Of a stretch of 64,000 nucleotides of DNA, positions 9,852 to 19,335 are shown piece after piece. Where the stretch lies: NCBI GenBank assembly GCA_963822445.1, contig CAWGHO010000002.1:2304001-2368000 (forward strand), given 5' to 3'. Under the pieces are notes generated by a model. That model worked only from the letters and a program-made list of their open reading frames with translations, was not told where the DNA came from and did not search any database. Positions within the stretch are counted from its first letter, which is position 1; each line of letters begins with the position of its first letter. Made by a program: the position numbers and the translations under genes. This DNA is from an uncultured Acidobacteriota bacterium. Its GTDB lineage: Bacteria; Acidobacteriota; Thermoanaerobaculia; Gp7-AA8.

Positions 9852-10258
9852 TTGTCCTTCAGCATCCCGCATTGGGCCATCGCCGAATCGTACGGATTGC
9901 CGATGTCCCCTTTGGCCTGGAGCCAGGACTTGTTGACCATCGGGCAGAAGCCGATCATCGGGCGCTCGCCCGTGGCCGCGTTGCGGACCTTGATCATCTG
10001 ATCGGAAAGAGCGGCGAACGCGTTCCGCGCCGACTTCAGATCCTTCGCCGCGGCAACGGCCTCGGCCGTCGCGGTGACGTCGCCGTTCTTCGCTTCGGTC
10101 GCAGCCGCGGCGAGGTCTTTTGCCGAGCTCTGCACGTCGGCGAGCTTCTGCCCGAGCAGGCCCTGGCGGACGGCTTCGTACTTCGAGAAGAGGGTGGTCG
10201 TGTCGGCGAGCGCCGGCACGGCAAGAATGAGGGCAAGGGCGAGGAGTAGGTCACGCAT
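9848..10258 (-). CDS. DUF3347-like periplasmic metal-binding protein
   Basis: Signal peptide; FCPM..WLQ..IGNPY..MAQCG motif seen in CusB-associated domains. Confidence 0.8.
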   Translation of the reverse strand: MRDLLLALALILAVPALADTTTLFSKYEAVRQGLLGQKLADVQSSAKDLAAAATEAKNGDVTATAEAVAAAKDLKSARNAFAALSDQMIKVRNAATGERPMIGFCPMVNKSWLQAKGDIGNPYDSAMAQCGMLKDK

Positions 10259-10299
10259 GCGGCCTAGAACAACGATGACCGCCCATACAATTCGCGCCC

Positions 10300-10638
10300 A
10301 TGTTCTGTCCTGAATGCGAAACCGAATACCGCGAAGGATTCACCACCTGCAGCGACTGCGACGTGGCCCTGGTCGCCGAGCTCGGCGTGGCCTCGCTCGT
10401 TCCGCTGACGATGGAGCGTTCGCCTGACCTCGTCGCCGCGGTGGTCGAGGCGCTGGAAACGGCGGAGATTCCCTACGTCGTCGAAGCCGGGACCGCGCTG
10501 CGCGTGCTCGACGGCGACGAGGAGTCGATCGAGGTGCCCGATCCCTGGCAGGCCCGGATCTGGGTCGCGGTGTCGAAGTCGGACCAGGCCGTGGCCATCC
10601 TCGAGGAAACCCGCGCGGTGCTGAAGCAGGAGCACTAG
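10300..10638 (+). CDS. Zinc-ribbon + DUF2007-like putative signalling protein
   Basis: MFCPECETEYREGFTTCSDCDVAL N-terminus. Confidence 0.75.
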   Translation: MFCPECETEYREGFTTCSDCDVALVAELGVASLVPLTMERSPDLVAAVVEALETAEIPYVVEAGTALRVLDGDEESIEVPDPWQARIWVAVSKSDQAVAILEETRAVLKQEH

Positions 10639-10641
10639 GGC

Positions 10642-10740
10642 GTACGGCGGGCGTCCCGCCCGCCTCGCGCGGCGCGTCTCGCGCCGCGCAACCCGCCGGG
10701 CGAGACGCCCGGCGGAAGGCGGCCGGGACGGCCGCCGTAC
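10642..10740. repeat. GC-rich REP-like palindrome between convergent genes
   Basis: GTACGGCGG...CCGCCGTAC ends with nested hairpins (GCGTCTCGC / GCGAGACGC). Confidence 0.7.
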
Positions 10741-10741
10741 A

Positions 10742-11092
10742 TCAAACCAGACGCGAAAGGGTCTTCGGCGCGATCGCCGCGTAACTCGATCTCACGAACG
10801 CCTCGACCTCGGACCAGTTCACCCGGCCGCGGTCGAGGCGCAATCCCGCCCAGCCGCGCGGACCGATGTAAGCCGGGATGTGGAAGCGCTCCGGTTGCGC
10901 GCGCGCCAGGTCCTGATGCTCGCCGAGGCGGGTCTTGAAACAGACCGAGACGATGCCGTCTCCGTGATGGTTGTCGAGAAAGTACGCGAAGACTTTCTTG
11001 CGCACTCTGAAGATCGCGTGATCGCCGCTGCGCTCGACCGTGGCCTCGGGCAAGGCCAGACAGATCTTCGACAGGCGATCGAGCGGATTCAC
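10742..11092 (-). CDS. MmcQ/YjbR family protein
   Basis: ICLALPEA, FRVRKKVFA, PAYIGPRGW motifs. Confidence 0.88.
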   Translation of the reverse strand: MNPLDRLSKICLALPEATVERSGDHAIFRVRKKVFAYFLDNHHGDGIVSVCFKTRLGEHQDLARAQPERFHIPAYIGPRGWAGLRLDRGRVNWSEVEAFVRSSYAAIAPKTLSRLV

Positions 11093-11742
11093 GAGCGGCT
11101 CTGCGGATCGACCATCCCGTGCCGGAGCGCGTAGCCGACGACTTCCGCGCGCGTGTGCAGGCGCAGCTTGTCGAGAATGTTCCGGACGTGGAACTTGACC
11201 GTGTTCTCCGACAGGCCGAGGCGCTTGGCGAGCTTGCGATTCGAAGTCACGCCTTCGACCATCAGCTCGAGCACTTCCCGCTCGCGCGTGGTGAGGATTT
11301 CTTCTTCGGCCGGTGTTGCCACGCCGGCGGGCTTCGCGAATTCCTGCAGGAGCTTTCGCGCGAGCGCGGGCGTCAGCGCAGGCTCGCCCCGCTGCGCGCG
11401 ATCGAGCAGATCGAAAAACGCGTCGGCCTCGAGGTTCTTCATCAGATAGCCCTGCGCGCCCGCTTTGATCGCGTCGAACAGCGTCGTCTCTTCTTCCGAC
11501 GCGGTGAGGATGACCACCTTCACGTCGGGCATCGCCGCGGTGAGCAGCCGCGTTGCTTCCAGCCCGTCGACTTCCGGCATCTGCACGTCCATCAACACCA
11601 GGTCGGGCTGCAGTTCCTGCGCGAGCGCGACCGCATCGCGGCCGTTTTTCGCCTCGCCGATCACCTCGTGTCCGTTGGCGGTCAGAAGACTGCGGAGGCC
11701 GTCGCGAAAGAGGGCGTGATCGTCGGCGATGAGAATGCGCAC
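11089..11742 (-). CDS. NarL/DosR-family response regulator
   Basis: REC (ADDH, DVQMP) plus LuxR HTH LTTREREVL...TVKFHVRNIL. Confidence 0.95.
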   Translation of the reverse strand: MRILIADDHALFRDGLRSLLTANGHEVIGEAKNGRDAVALAQELQPDLVLMDVQMPEVDGLEATRLLTAAMPDVKVVILTASEEETTLFDAIKAGAQGYLMKNLEADAFFDLLDRAQRGEPALTPALARKLLQEFAKPAGVATPAEEEILTTREREVLELMVEGVTSNRKLAKRLGLSENTVKFHVRNILDKLRLHTRAEVVGYALRHGMVDPQSRS

Positions 11743-11755
11743 GCCGGGAGTTTAA

Positions 11756-13141
11756 CTAATCGACGCGCTGGGGCACTTCGCAACGCACCGTCGATCCGCG
11801 GCCGGGCGCGCTTTCGATCGACAGTTTGCCGCCGATGCTCTCCGCTCGCTCGCGCATGGTGGTGAGTCCGAACTTGCGTTGCACTTTGTCCGCGGCGGAT
11901 ACGGGATCGAAGCCGACGCCGTCATCGGTGATGGTGGCCAGCACGGAGCCATTGCGGCGCCGCAGATCGACGCTCGCCCGCGACGCTTTGGCGTGCTTGC
12001 GCACGTTCGTGAGGGCCTCCTGCACGATGCGCACGAGTTGCAGCTCGACCGAGGGCAGGAGCTGGATGCCGGGGTCGATGGTCAGCGCGGTCGGGACGCC
12101 GCTCACTTCCTGCCAGCGGTGGAGATACTCCTGCAGCGCCTCGCCGAGGGTCTGTTTCGGCCCGGGCAGCGTGCGCAGGCCGACGATCGACTCGCGCACG
12201 TCGGTGTACGCCTGACGCGCGGCACTGGAGAGCTCGCGCAACTGCGCCGCCGCCTCTTCGGTCTTCTCCCGTTTCAGAAACAGCTCCGCGGCCTGCACCT
12301 TGGTGTTCACGTATCCGAGGATCTGGGCGAGGCCGTCGTGCATCTCGTGGGAGATGCGCAGGCGCTCCTGGGCGACGGCGAGATCGGCGACCTGTTCATG
12401 AAGGTGCGCGTTGTCGATGGCCAGCGCGGCCTGCAAAGCGAATCGCTCCAGCGTCTCCTCATCCTCGGCGCGGAACGCGGCGCGGCCGATCTTCTCGGTC
12501 AGATACAGGTTCCCGAGAAACGGGCCTTTGCAGGGGATGGGCACGGCTAGGAGCGTGTGCATCGGCGGGTGATTGGCCGGAAACCCCTGCGACAGGGGAT
12601 GTTTGGTGAGATCACCGAGGCGCAGGTGATGGCCTTCGCGGAGCACCACGCCGAGGAGTCCGTGTCCGACAGGCGGCGGGCCGATGGCCTGACGCTCTTC
12701 CGTGGAGATGCCGGAGGTGATGAAGGAGAGGATTTTTCCTTCGCGATCGATCACGGAGAGAGCGCCGTACTTTGCGCCGACCAGGTTCTTGGCCTGCTCG
12801 ACGACTTTCTTCAGCACGACGTCGAGGGAGAGCTCGGCGGTGACGTCGAGGCCTGCGCTGTGCAGGGCGAGGAGCTCTTCGTTCTGCCGCTTCAGCCGGG
12901 CTTGCATTTGATCGACGAAGCGGAAGATGACGATGGAGAAGATGACGATCGCGGCGACGAAGACCAGGTCGAGGGTGAGCCGTTTCTGCCAGGAAACGGT
13001 GCCGACCGTCGCGAACCGGACGGCCTCGAGGATGATCACGCCGAGGACCGGCATGATCATGGCGATCGTCTTCAGTCGCTTCAGAGTCATCAGCAGAGCG
13101 GAGCCGTTGAACGGGAGCGCGTATTGTGCACTAAAGCTCAT
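11756..13141 (-). CDS. GAF-domain HisKA_3 sensor kinase (DosS/DosT-like)
   Basis: Two TMs, GAF with GHGLLG / HPLSQGFPANHPPM / GNLYLTEK, ERLRISHEMHD, DDGVGF. Confidence 0.9.
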   Translation of the reverse strand: MSFSAQYALPFNGSALLMTLKRLKTIAMIMPVLGVIILEAVRFATVGTVSWQKRLTLDLVFVAAIVIFSIVIFRFVDQMQARLKRQNEELLALHSAGLDVTAELSLDVVLKKVVEQAKNLVGAKYGALSVIDREGKILSFITSGISTEERQAIGPPPVGHGLLGVVLREGHHLRLGDLTKHPLSQGFPANHPPMHTLLAVPIPCKGPFLGNLYLTEKIGRAAFRAEDEETLERFALQAALAIDNAHLHEQVADLAVAQERLRISHEMHDGLAQILGYVNTKVQAAELFLKREKTEEAAAQLRELSSAARQAYTDVRESIVGLRTLPGPKQTLGEALQEYLHRWQEVSGVPTALTIDPGIQLLPSVELQLVRIVQEALTNVRKHAKASRASVDLRRRNGSVLATITDDGVGFDPVSAADKVQRKFGLTTMRERAESIGGKLSIESAPGRGSTVRCEVPQRVD

Positions 13142-13794
13142 CGCGGTCCTCCCGCGCGCAGGACGAGCTCGAAGCGGACGGCGAGGTCGTTGCGGGCCTT
13201 GATGGCGCCGAAGAGCGCCGTCGGCGGAGTGATGTCGTAGTCGGTCATTTTCAACGGCAGTCGCGCGGTCAGGCGGAAGGTGTCGGACGCGACGCGCTGC
13301 GCGTCGACGTCGAGCCGGATGGTGCGGCTCTCGCCGGCCAGGGTGAGCACGCCGGCGATCTTTGCGTGATACGAGCCGGCGTCGATGTCGTGGTTGATTC
13401 CGCCGATCAGCTCCGTGAAGCGGAACTCGATCGACGGGTGCTGTTCGGCGCGAAGCGCGTCGTACATGTCGCGCTCCATCTTCGCGTTCCCGCAACGCAG
13501 TGTGTTTACGGGAACGCGGAGGCGGAACGCAGGCTGGGGGAAACGCGCGGAGGCGGGGTCGGCGATCAGCGGAATGATGTTGCCGTCTTCGATGCGGTCG
13601 ATGAGGTGGTTGATACGCGCGAGCGGCGCGGCCACGTCCATCCGCCCCTCGAGCGTCGTCCCCTTGCAGCGCCAGGGAGCGACGTTCGAGGAGCCTTCCA
13701 GCGTCAGCCGGCTGGCCGGCGACGCGAGGAGGATGGTGGCCTCTTCGGCGATCGCAGGCGCGGCCAGCAGGACGATGAGCAGCAGGCGGATCAT
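13138..13794 (-). CDS. YceI-family periplasmic protein
   Basis: Signal peptide, LEGSSNV, MERDMYDAL, GVLTLAG, MTDYDITPP. Confidence 0.85.
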   Translation of the reverse strand: MIRLLLIVLLAAPAIAEEATILLASPASRLTLEGSSNVAPWRCKGTTLEGRMDVAAPLARINHLIDRIEDGNIIPLIADPASARFPQPAFRLRVPVNTLRCGNAKMERDMYDALRAEQHPSIEFRFTELIGGINHDIDAGSYHAKIAGVLTLAGESRTIRLDVDAQRVASDTFRLTARLPLKMTDYDITPPTALFGAIKARNDLAVRFELVLRAGGPR

Positions 13795-13796
13795 GA

Positions 13797-14345
13797 CTAG
13801 TTCGCTTTCTCCACGATCCAGCGGAAGGTGACTTTCACGTCGTCGCCGGTCTTGATCGTGCCCAGCATCGCGACCGGCGGCTTGATGCCGAAGCTGGTCA
13901 TCTTCACGGGGGCCTGGCCGGTCAACATGTAACGGCCGTCGCTGGTGCGCGAGCCCTGGACGTCCATGTCGAGGTCGCGGGTGACGCCGGCGATGGTGAG
14001 CTTGCCGCGGGTCTTCATCACGAAGGTTGCGGGCGGATTCGGGGGAAGGGTTGCTTCGATCAGTTCGTAGCGGATCTCGGGATGCTGTCTGGCTTTGAGC
14101 GCTTCGGCCATCAGCTTGTCCATCTTCGCGTGCTCGCTCTTGATCGAGGTGACGGGGATGGTGACGATGGCTTTGGGAGTGGTGGAGTCGATCGTCCCGT
14201 TGATCGCGGCCCCTTCCATCTTCCAGGCGTGGAGCGTGGAGGTGCCTTCGACGCGAACGAGACTGCCGGTGGCGGGTGCGAAGCGCTCGGCGCTGGCCGC
14301 GAGGGCAGCCAGCGCGAGGGCGATGTAGGTGATTGTGCGTTTCAT
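13797..14345 (-). CDS. YceI-family periplasmic protein
   Basis: Signal peptide, VEGTSTLHAW, MDKLMAEALK, GKLTIAGVT, MTSFGIKPP. Confidence 0.9.
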   Translation of the reverse strand: MKRTITYIALALAALAASAERFAPATGSLVRVEGTSTLHAWKMEGAAINGTIDSTTPKAIVTIPVTSIKSEHAKMDKLMAEALKARQHPEIRYELIEATLPPNPPATFVMKTRGKLTIAGVTRDLDMDVQGSRTSDGRYMLTGQAPVKMTSFGIKPPVAMLGTIKTGDDVKVTFRWIVEKAN

Positions 14346-14359
14346 GATGTCGGCCTTTA

Positions 14360-15607
14360 CTAGAACGTGAAGCTGACTTCCGAGATCACGCCGCTGAAGG
14401 CGGGGTCGCGCCAGGCCTGGATGCCGTTGTTCACGATCTGCCCTTCGGTGAATCCCGAGTACTTCTGCTGCACGTACTCCATCTTCATGAGCAGGTTCCT
14501 GGTGACCCAGAACCCGCCGCCGACCTGGATGCGGTTCACCTGACCGGACGAGTTGTTGCCGGCGAGCATCGACGTTGTCGCGGCGCTGTAGCGCGCGGCC
14601 GCGTAGAGGCTCTTGGTGATGTCGTACTTCACGTCGGCCGCGTAGTAGTTCCACGTCTCTTCCGGCGCGCCGACCGCGGAGCCGTTGATGTCCTTGTCCT
14701 GGGTGATGCCGTAGTGGCCGTAGAAGGAGAGCGGCGAGTCGTTGTCGAAGGTGACGTCGAACTGCGCGGAGCTGAACTTCTCGCCGGCCTGCGGGAACAC
14801 GTTGCCCGGTGCCTGACCGCCGCCGAGGACGCCCGCGTAGCGCTCACCGCTGCGGTTGCCGGTGAACATCTGCATCGAGCTGCCGCCCGCGGCCTTGGTG
14901 GGGTTGTCGCTCTGGTCGGTGCCGATGTAGGAGACCGAGGTACGGACCGATTCGATCGGGTAGAAGATCAGCTTTCCGTTGTAGGCGAAGCCGCGGCCGA
15001 CGTTCCAGTCTTCGGTGGTCGTGCCGTTGGAGACGCCCACGAGCCAGCCGATGCGGTTGCCGGGCTTGGACGAGGCCTGCATGCCGATGGAGACGATGTT
15101 CGGGTCCATCACGAAGTTGCCGACCAGGGGGTTCTTCTGCACGTTGGCGTTGTTCGAGCGGTGCATGGACGCGTCGCCGAAGTCGACGAGCATGTGCCCG
15201 GCCTTGAGGTCGACCTTCTTCAGGATCGGCTCGAGGAACTTGAGGCTGGTCAGGTTCTCGGGAACGCCGCGAAGAATGATGTAGCCCTCATTGCCGTACG
15301 TCTGCGAGGGATGGTTGCGGGAGCTGAGGTACATGTCGAAGACGACCTCGATCTCCTGGTTCTGGCCGAACTTGCCGATGAAGCCGAGGTTGCCGAAGGC
15401 GGTCTGGAAGCCCGGCTCGACCTTCGCGAGCTGGTTGCCTTTGGCGTCGTATACGTTCTCGTGATCGAGGGCCTGGGCGGTGCCGACGGTGTTGAGGGTG
15501 ATGAAGAGCTTGTTCTTGTCGGTGTCGACGATCTTGAGCTGTGCCTGCGCGGCGCGGCCGAGGGCCAGAACGATGAGGGCGAGGGCGATGAGTCGTAGCG
15601 TTTTCAT
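14360..15607 (-). CDS. Outer-membrane beta-barrel (porin-like) protein
   Basis: Signal peptide, amphipathic beta strands, C-terminal EVSFTF aromatic BAM-type end; GGAGG RBS. Confidence 0.8.
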   Translation of the reverse strand: MKTLRLIALALIVLALGRAAQAQLKIVDTDKNKLFITLNTVGTAQALDHENVYDAKGNQLAKVEPGFQTAFGNLGFIGKFGQNQEIEVVFDMYLSSRNHPSQTYGNEGYIILRGVPENLTSLKFLEPILKKVDLKAGHMLVDFGDASMHRSNNANVQKNPLVGNFVMDPNIVSIGMQASSKPGNRIGWLVGVSNGTTTEDWNVGRGFAYNGKLIFYPIESVRTSVSYIGTDQSDNPTKAAGGSSMQMFTGNRSGERYAGVLGGGQAPGNVFPQAGEKFSSAQFDVTFDNDSPLSFYGHYGITQDKDINGSAVGAPEETWNYYAADVKYDITKSLYAAARYSAATTSMLAGNNSSGQVNRIQVGGGFWVTRNLLMKMEYVQQKYSGFTEGQIVNNGIQAWRDPAFSGVISEVSFTF

Positions 15608-15704
15608 TTGTTCCTCCGTTGTGCAGCGTCATGATCGGTCGCTAAAGCATTCGCTGCGAACCACTTGCGGGTAGTTCTGCGCACACGGAGGGATGGGTGG
15701 GAAG

Positions 15705-16196
15705 CTACCCTTTGGGGTGGGAGAGGGTGAGCAGCTTCGTGACGGTGTTGAGGTTCCGGGTGGTTCCGGCGACCCCTAATTTGCGCTCGATGAAGGTGTT
15801 GGTGAGCTTCGAGGTGCCCGCACCGTTCGGGTAGTAGAGGTAGACGTGACGGCCGTCGACACGAGCCTCCTCGGGTCCGTCCCAATCGAGATCACTCTTC
15901 GCCGCGCCGTCGAGGAACATGATCATCACCCGGTTCGGCTCCCCTTTCAGCGGGTTGCGATCGATGGCTTTCTTCAATTCCGCCGGTGTCCGCAGGATGA
16001 CCCGCGCTTCGATGGGCAATGCCTTTTCGATGTCCGCGGCTTTCGCGCTTTTCGCGTCGAAGAGGACATTCCCGCTGTTCAGCAGCGTGCGCACGTTCGT
16101 GTAGCCGAGCGACTCGCAGACGGACTTGAGATCCGCCATCGACAACTTCTTGTTGCCGCCAACGTTGATGCCGCGGATCAGGGCGATGAAGGTCAT
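15705..16196 (-). CDS. DUF1697 family protein
   Basis: MTFIALIRGINVGG, TLLNSGNV, TTRNLNT motifs. Confidence 0.9.
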   Translation of the reverse strand: MTFIALIRGINVGGNKKLSMADLKSVCESLGYTNVRTLLNSGNVLFDAKSAKAADIEKALPIEARVILRTPAELKKAIDRNPLKGEPNRVMIMFLDGAAKSDLDWDGPEEARVDGRHVYLYYPNGAGTSKLTNTFIERKLGVAGTTRNLNTVTKLLTLSHPKG

Positions 16197-16277
16197 GAAT
16201 GCAGAATGCTGAATGCAGAATGCAGAAAGTAGTTTGGCAGAATCCCTTTCTGCATTCTGCATTCTGCATTCAGCATT
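16197..16277. repeat. Inverted 7-mer tandem-repeat element (GAATGCA / TGCATTC)
   Basis: 4 units, ~18-nt spacer, 4 reverse-complement units. Confidence 0.9.
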
Positions 16278-16281
16278 TGAT

Positions 16282-16878
16282 TTACCTGACCGTCTCCAGC
16301 TCCGCCGCTTCCTCCCGCCGTTCCGGTGAGAGCCAGCAGTACGGGCCCACCTGCGTCATGCCCACTTTCCCGAAGGCCTTCCGGTACCAGGCGGCGGGGC
16401 GGAAGTGGAAGGCGTCGAGGTCGCCGATCACGGAATCCTCCGCCGTCAGCACTTCCACGAAGGCGACGCCTTCGCAGATGCGTGCGATCTCGGCGATGCC
16501 GGCGCGGAGCTCGCGGTCTTCGACGTAATGCATCACATCCGCGCAGACGACGAGGTCGTAGGGCAACAATCCGAGCGACGGCAGCTCGCCGAAGGTCGCC
16601 AGGCGGATGTTGCGCTCCTTGCCGTACCGCTCGACGGCGTAGTCCGACGAATCGAGTCCGCGGTACGCGACGCGCGGCCTGAGCGCGCGCAGGTGACCGA
16701 GCCACGCGCCTTCGCCGCAGCCGATGTCGAGCACGGTGCGCAACGGGCGTCGCAGGAAGTACTCCGCCGTGGCCACGGCAATCGACACCTTCCGCCGCAC
16801 TTCCGCATGCGAATTCACTCGCGTTCGCCGGTCGTGGTACCAGCGCTGGAAATAGGCCCGATCGTAGGTCTTTGTCAT
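16282..16878 (-). CDS. Class I SAM-dependent methyltransferase
   Basis: VLDIGCGEG, YDLVVCADVMHY. Confidence 0.9.
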   Translation of the reverse strand: MTKTYDRAYFQRWYHDRRTRVNSHAEVRRKVSIAVATAEYFLRRPLRTVLDIGCGEGAWLGHLRALRPRVAYRGLDSSDYAVERYGKERNIRLATFGELPSLGLLPYDLVVCADVMHYVEDRELRAGIAEIARICEGVAFVEVLTAEDSVIGDLDAFHFRPAAWYRKAFGKVGMTQVGPYCWLSPERREEAAELETVR

Positions 16879-17186
16879 TGCTCGCGATGGACGCCGATGC
16901 CGATGCGGCGCAACCAGGCCACCAGGCGCGGCATCTTCTTCTCGATCTTGTCGAGGGACTTGATGGCGAATTTGCTTTGAGGAAAGAGCACCAGCACGGC
17001 CAGGAGCATGAAGATCCAGCCCTGCATGATCGGGACGAACCCGCCGATGATGCCGAGGATGATGAAGATGATTCCGAGGGTGATGCGCAGCGCGAGAATC
17101 ATCGGCGCCGGGAGTTTAGAGGACTCATGCCCATGGCTGCGCAACAGCTCGACGGCGAAGATGAAAACGATGGCCAGGACGGCCAC
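16875..17186 (-). CDS. Small membrane protein (PGPGW-like); start uncertain
   Basis: LGIIGGFVPIMQGWIF hydrophobic hairpin; overlaps next gene. Confidence 0.65.
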   Translation of the reverse strand: MAVLAIVFIFAVELLRSHGHESSKLPAPMILALRITLGIIFIILGIIGGFVPIMQGWIFMLLAVLVLFPQSKFAIKSLDKIEKKMPRLVAWLRRIGIGVHREQ

Positions 17187-17209
17187 CGCGAGAACGATGT
17201 ACTCGGCGG

Positions 17210-17740
17210 TTATACGGCGCGCCCCTTCTTCCGCTGCTCGGGATAGAGCACGAGAAACGTCCGCAACCCTTCCATCGTCTCTTTCACCCCGTCGGGAATG
17301 GTCTTCGTCCGCAGCCAGAAGCAGGACGGATCGAGCAGGTTGCGCAGGACCTCGATGAACTGGTTCAGCGAGATGTACGTGTTCTGGTAGAGCTGCGCTT
17401 TCGGGCTCTCGCCGTACTTCGCGCGCAGGATCTTGCTGACCACGCGCGCCGCCAGGTAGTAGGGCGTCTGCAGGATGTCGAACTCGTCCTGCGACATGCG
17501 CGGACCCTTGGTGATGTGCTGGCGATTGATCGTCGCCTGGAAGAATTCGACGGTCATGACCACGGCGGTTTTCGGAATCGGTCCGCAGCGTCCGGACTCC
17601 ACGGCCTGCGCCAGGAAGGCCGTGAGCGCCTTCACATGCTCGCTGTCGGGAGGGGAGAGCTCGCGCAGTCCGTACTTCCTGGCGATGGCGCGCTCGTCGA
17701 GCTCGGGGACCGGCGCCTCGACCGTCTTGTTGTCATCCAT
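17210..17740 (-). CDS. Hypothetical protein
   Basis: Genome-typical codon usage; start chosen at MDDNK. Confidence 0.7.
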   Translation of the reverse strand: MDDNKTVEAPVPELDERAIARKYGLRELSPPDSEHVKALTAFLAQAVESGRCGPIPKTAVVMTVEFFQATINRQHITKGPRMSQDEFDILQTPYYLAARVVSKILRAKYGESPKAQLYQNTYISLNQFIEVLRNLLDPSCFWLRTKTIPDGVKETMEGLRTFLVLYPEQRKKGRAV

Positions 17741-17785
17741 ATGGAACGAACCCGGGCCGGAGAATAGCACGCTAGAATCGGCCTC

Positions 17786-18661
17786 ATGCAGACGGCTGAG
17801 CTTCTACGGAGCGTGCCGCTGTTCAACCTTCTGGACGCGCCCGAACTGGCCGATCTGGAGGCCGTGCTGGAGCGTCTCGAGGTCGCCGCCGGCCAGACTG
17901 TTTTCTCGTTCGGCGAGCCCGGCGAATCGCTGTACATCGTGGCCGCGGGAAGCGTCGAGCTGTTCGTCAAAGACAACAGCGGCGCCAAGATCGTGCTCAC
18001 GAACTGCGGCGCCGGCGAGCGGTTCGGCGAGCTGTCGCTGTTCGACGGCGGAGCGCGCACGGCGACCGCGGTCGCACTCGAGGATTCGACGCTGTTCGTG
18101 CTCCATCGCGACGACCTGCTCGCGTTTCTGCGACGCCATCCCGAGGCCGCGTTCGACTTCCTGACCACGATGGGACAGCGGATGCGCAACGCCGACGAGA
18201 TGCTCCGCCGTCGCGTGGCCCGCAACATCAACGAGGAGCACGAAACGCGCATCTCGACGATGGATCACATCGCCGACCTGATCGCGGCCTTCAGCGGCAG
18301 CATCCCCTTCCTCGTTCTGAATGCGGTCTGGTTCATCGGCTGGATCGTCTGGAACACGGCGCCGTTCCTGCCGCACTTCGATCCCTACCCGTTCGGCTTC
18401 CTGACGATGGTGGTGTCGCTCGAAGCGATCTTCCTGTCGATCTTCGTGCTGGTCAGCCAGAACCGGCAGGCGGCGAAGGACCATCTCCGCGCAGAGGCGG
18501 ATTACGAGGTGAATCTGAAGGCGGAGCTGGAGATCTCCCACCTGCACGAGAAGGTCGATTTTCTGACCGAGGAGCTGCTGGCGCGATTGCCGCGCGGTCA
18601 CAGAACACCCGCGCCGAAAGGTGTAGTGCAGGCCTCCGGCCTGCCTCGGGGCGGGGATTAG
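17786..18661 (+). CDS. cNMP-binding domain + DUF1003 membrane protein
   Basis: FGELSLFDGGARTATA; FDPYPFGFLTMVVSLEAIFLSIFVLVSQNRQ. Confidence 0.92.
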   Translation: MQTAELLRSVPLFNLLDAPELADLEAVLERLEVAAGQTVFSFGEPGESLYIVAAGSVELFVKDNSGAKIVLTNCGAGERFGELSLFDGGARTATAVALEDSTLFVLHRDDLLAFLRRHPEAAFDFLTTMGQRMRNADEMLRRRVARNINEEHETRISTMDHIADLIAAFSGSIPFLVLNAVWFIGWIVWNTAPFLPHFDPYPFGFLTMVVSLEAIFLSIFVLVSQNRQAAKDHLRAEADYEVNLKAELEISHLHEKVDFLTEELLARLPRGHRTPAPKGVVQASGLPRGGD

Positions 18662-18687
18662 GGCAGGCCGGAGGCCTGCACCACACC
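18620..18687. repeat. Palindromic element (same family as 4475-4542) spanning a convergent junction
   Basis: GGTGTAGTGCAGGCCTCCGGCCTGCC...GGCAGGCCGGAGGCCTGCACCACACC. Confidence 0.85.
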
Positions 18688-19319
18688 TACTTCCAGCTCA
18701 TCTCGAACACACACGCCTTATCCCCAAGACACTGGCACTTCGACTCGATGACCGTGGGATCGGTCCCGCCGTGGCGAAGGATGGTCTCGAGGAAGAAGCC
18801 CACCGCGCTGGCGCAGTAGACTGGGCTGTAGACCGGATAGTCGCTGTAGGTCATCCGCCCGCCGGACGGGGTCTTCTCGAACTTCTGCTGGCCGAACTTC
18901 TGATACTGGCTGTGAAACAGCGCGTTGCTCTCCAGGAACTGCGTCAGCCCCTCGGAATCGAGCGACTTGTAGACGCGGCCCACGCCCAGCTCCGCCGACG
19001 CCGCACCGATCAGCGCCAGCACGTTCGGATATTCGCTCTTCAGCTCATTGTGAATGGCGCGATCGAGCTCGATCAGCGACTCGAACTCGCACCAGCTCGA
19101 GGCCAGCGGCGTCTTCACGTAGCTGCGCGTGCGCGGGGTGAGCTTCTCGATGAATTTCGCGAAGCGCTCTTCGCCCATCGTGTCCATGAGGAACTGCTTC
19201 CGCCCGCCGAACATCACCCCTTTGACCTTGGCGATGGAGGGATCGCGGCCGGTCAGGACTTCCTTTCCTTCGAGGCGAGGCGGCGATGGTGGCGCTTTCC
19301 GTTCTTTGAGCAGCGACAT
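18687..19319 (-). CDS. V4R-like domain protein
   Basis: KVKG N-terminus, YCASAVGFF, C-terminal ESKCQCLGDKACVFEMSW. Confidence 0.7.
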   Translation of the reverse strand: MSLLKERKAPPSPPRLEGKEVLTGRDPSIAKVKGVMFGGRKQFLMDTMGEERFAKFIEKLTPRTRSYVKTPLASSWCEFESLIELDRAIHNELKSEYPNVLALIGAASAELGVGRVYKSLDSEGLTQFLESNALFHSQYQKFGQQKFEKTPSGGRMTYSDYPVYSPVYCASAVGFFLETILRHGGTDPTVIESKCQCLGDKACVFEMSWK

Positions 19320-19335
19320 GGCGTGATTCTATGCC

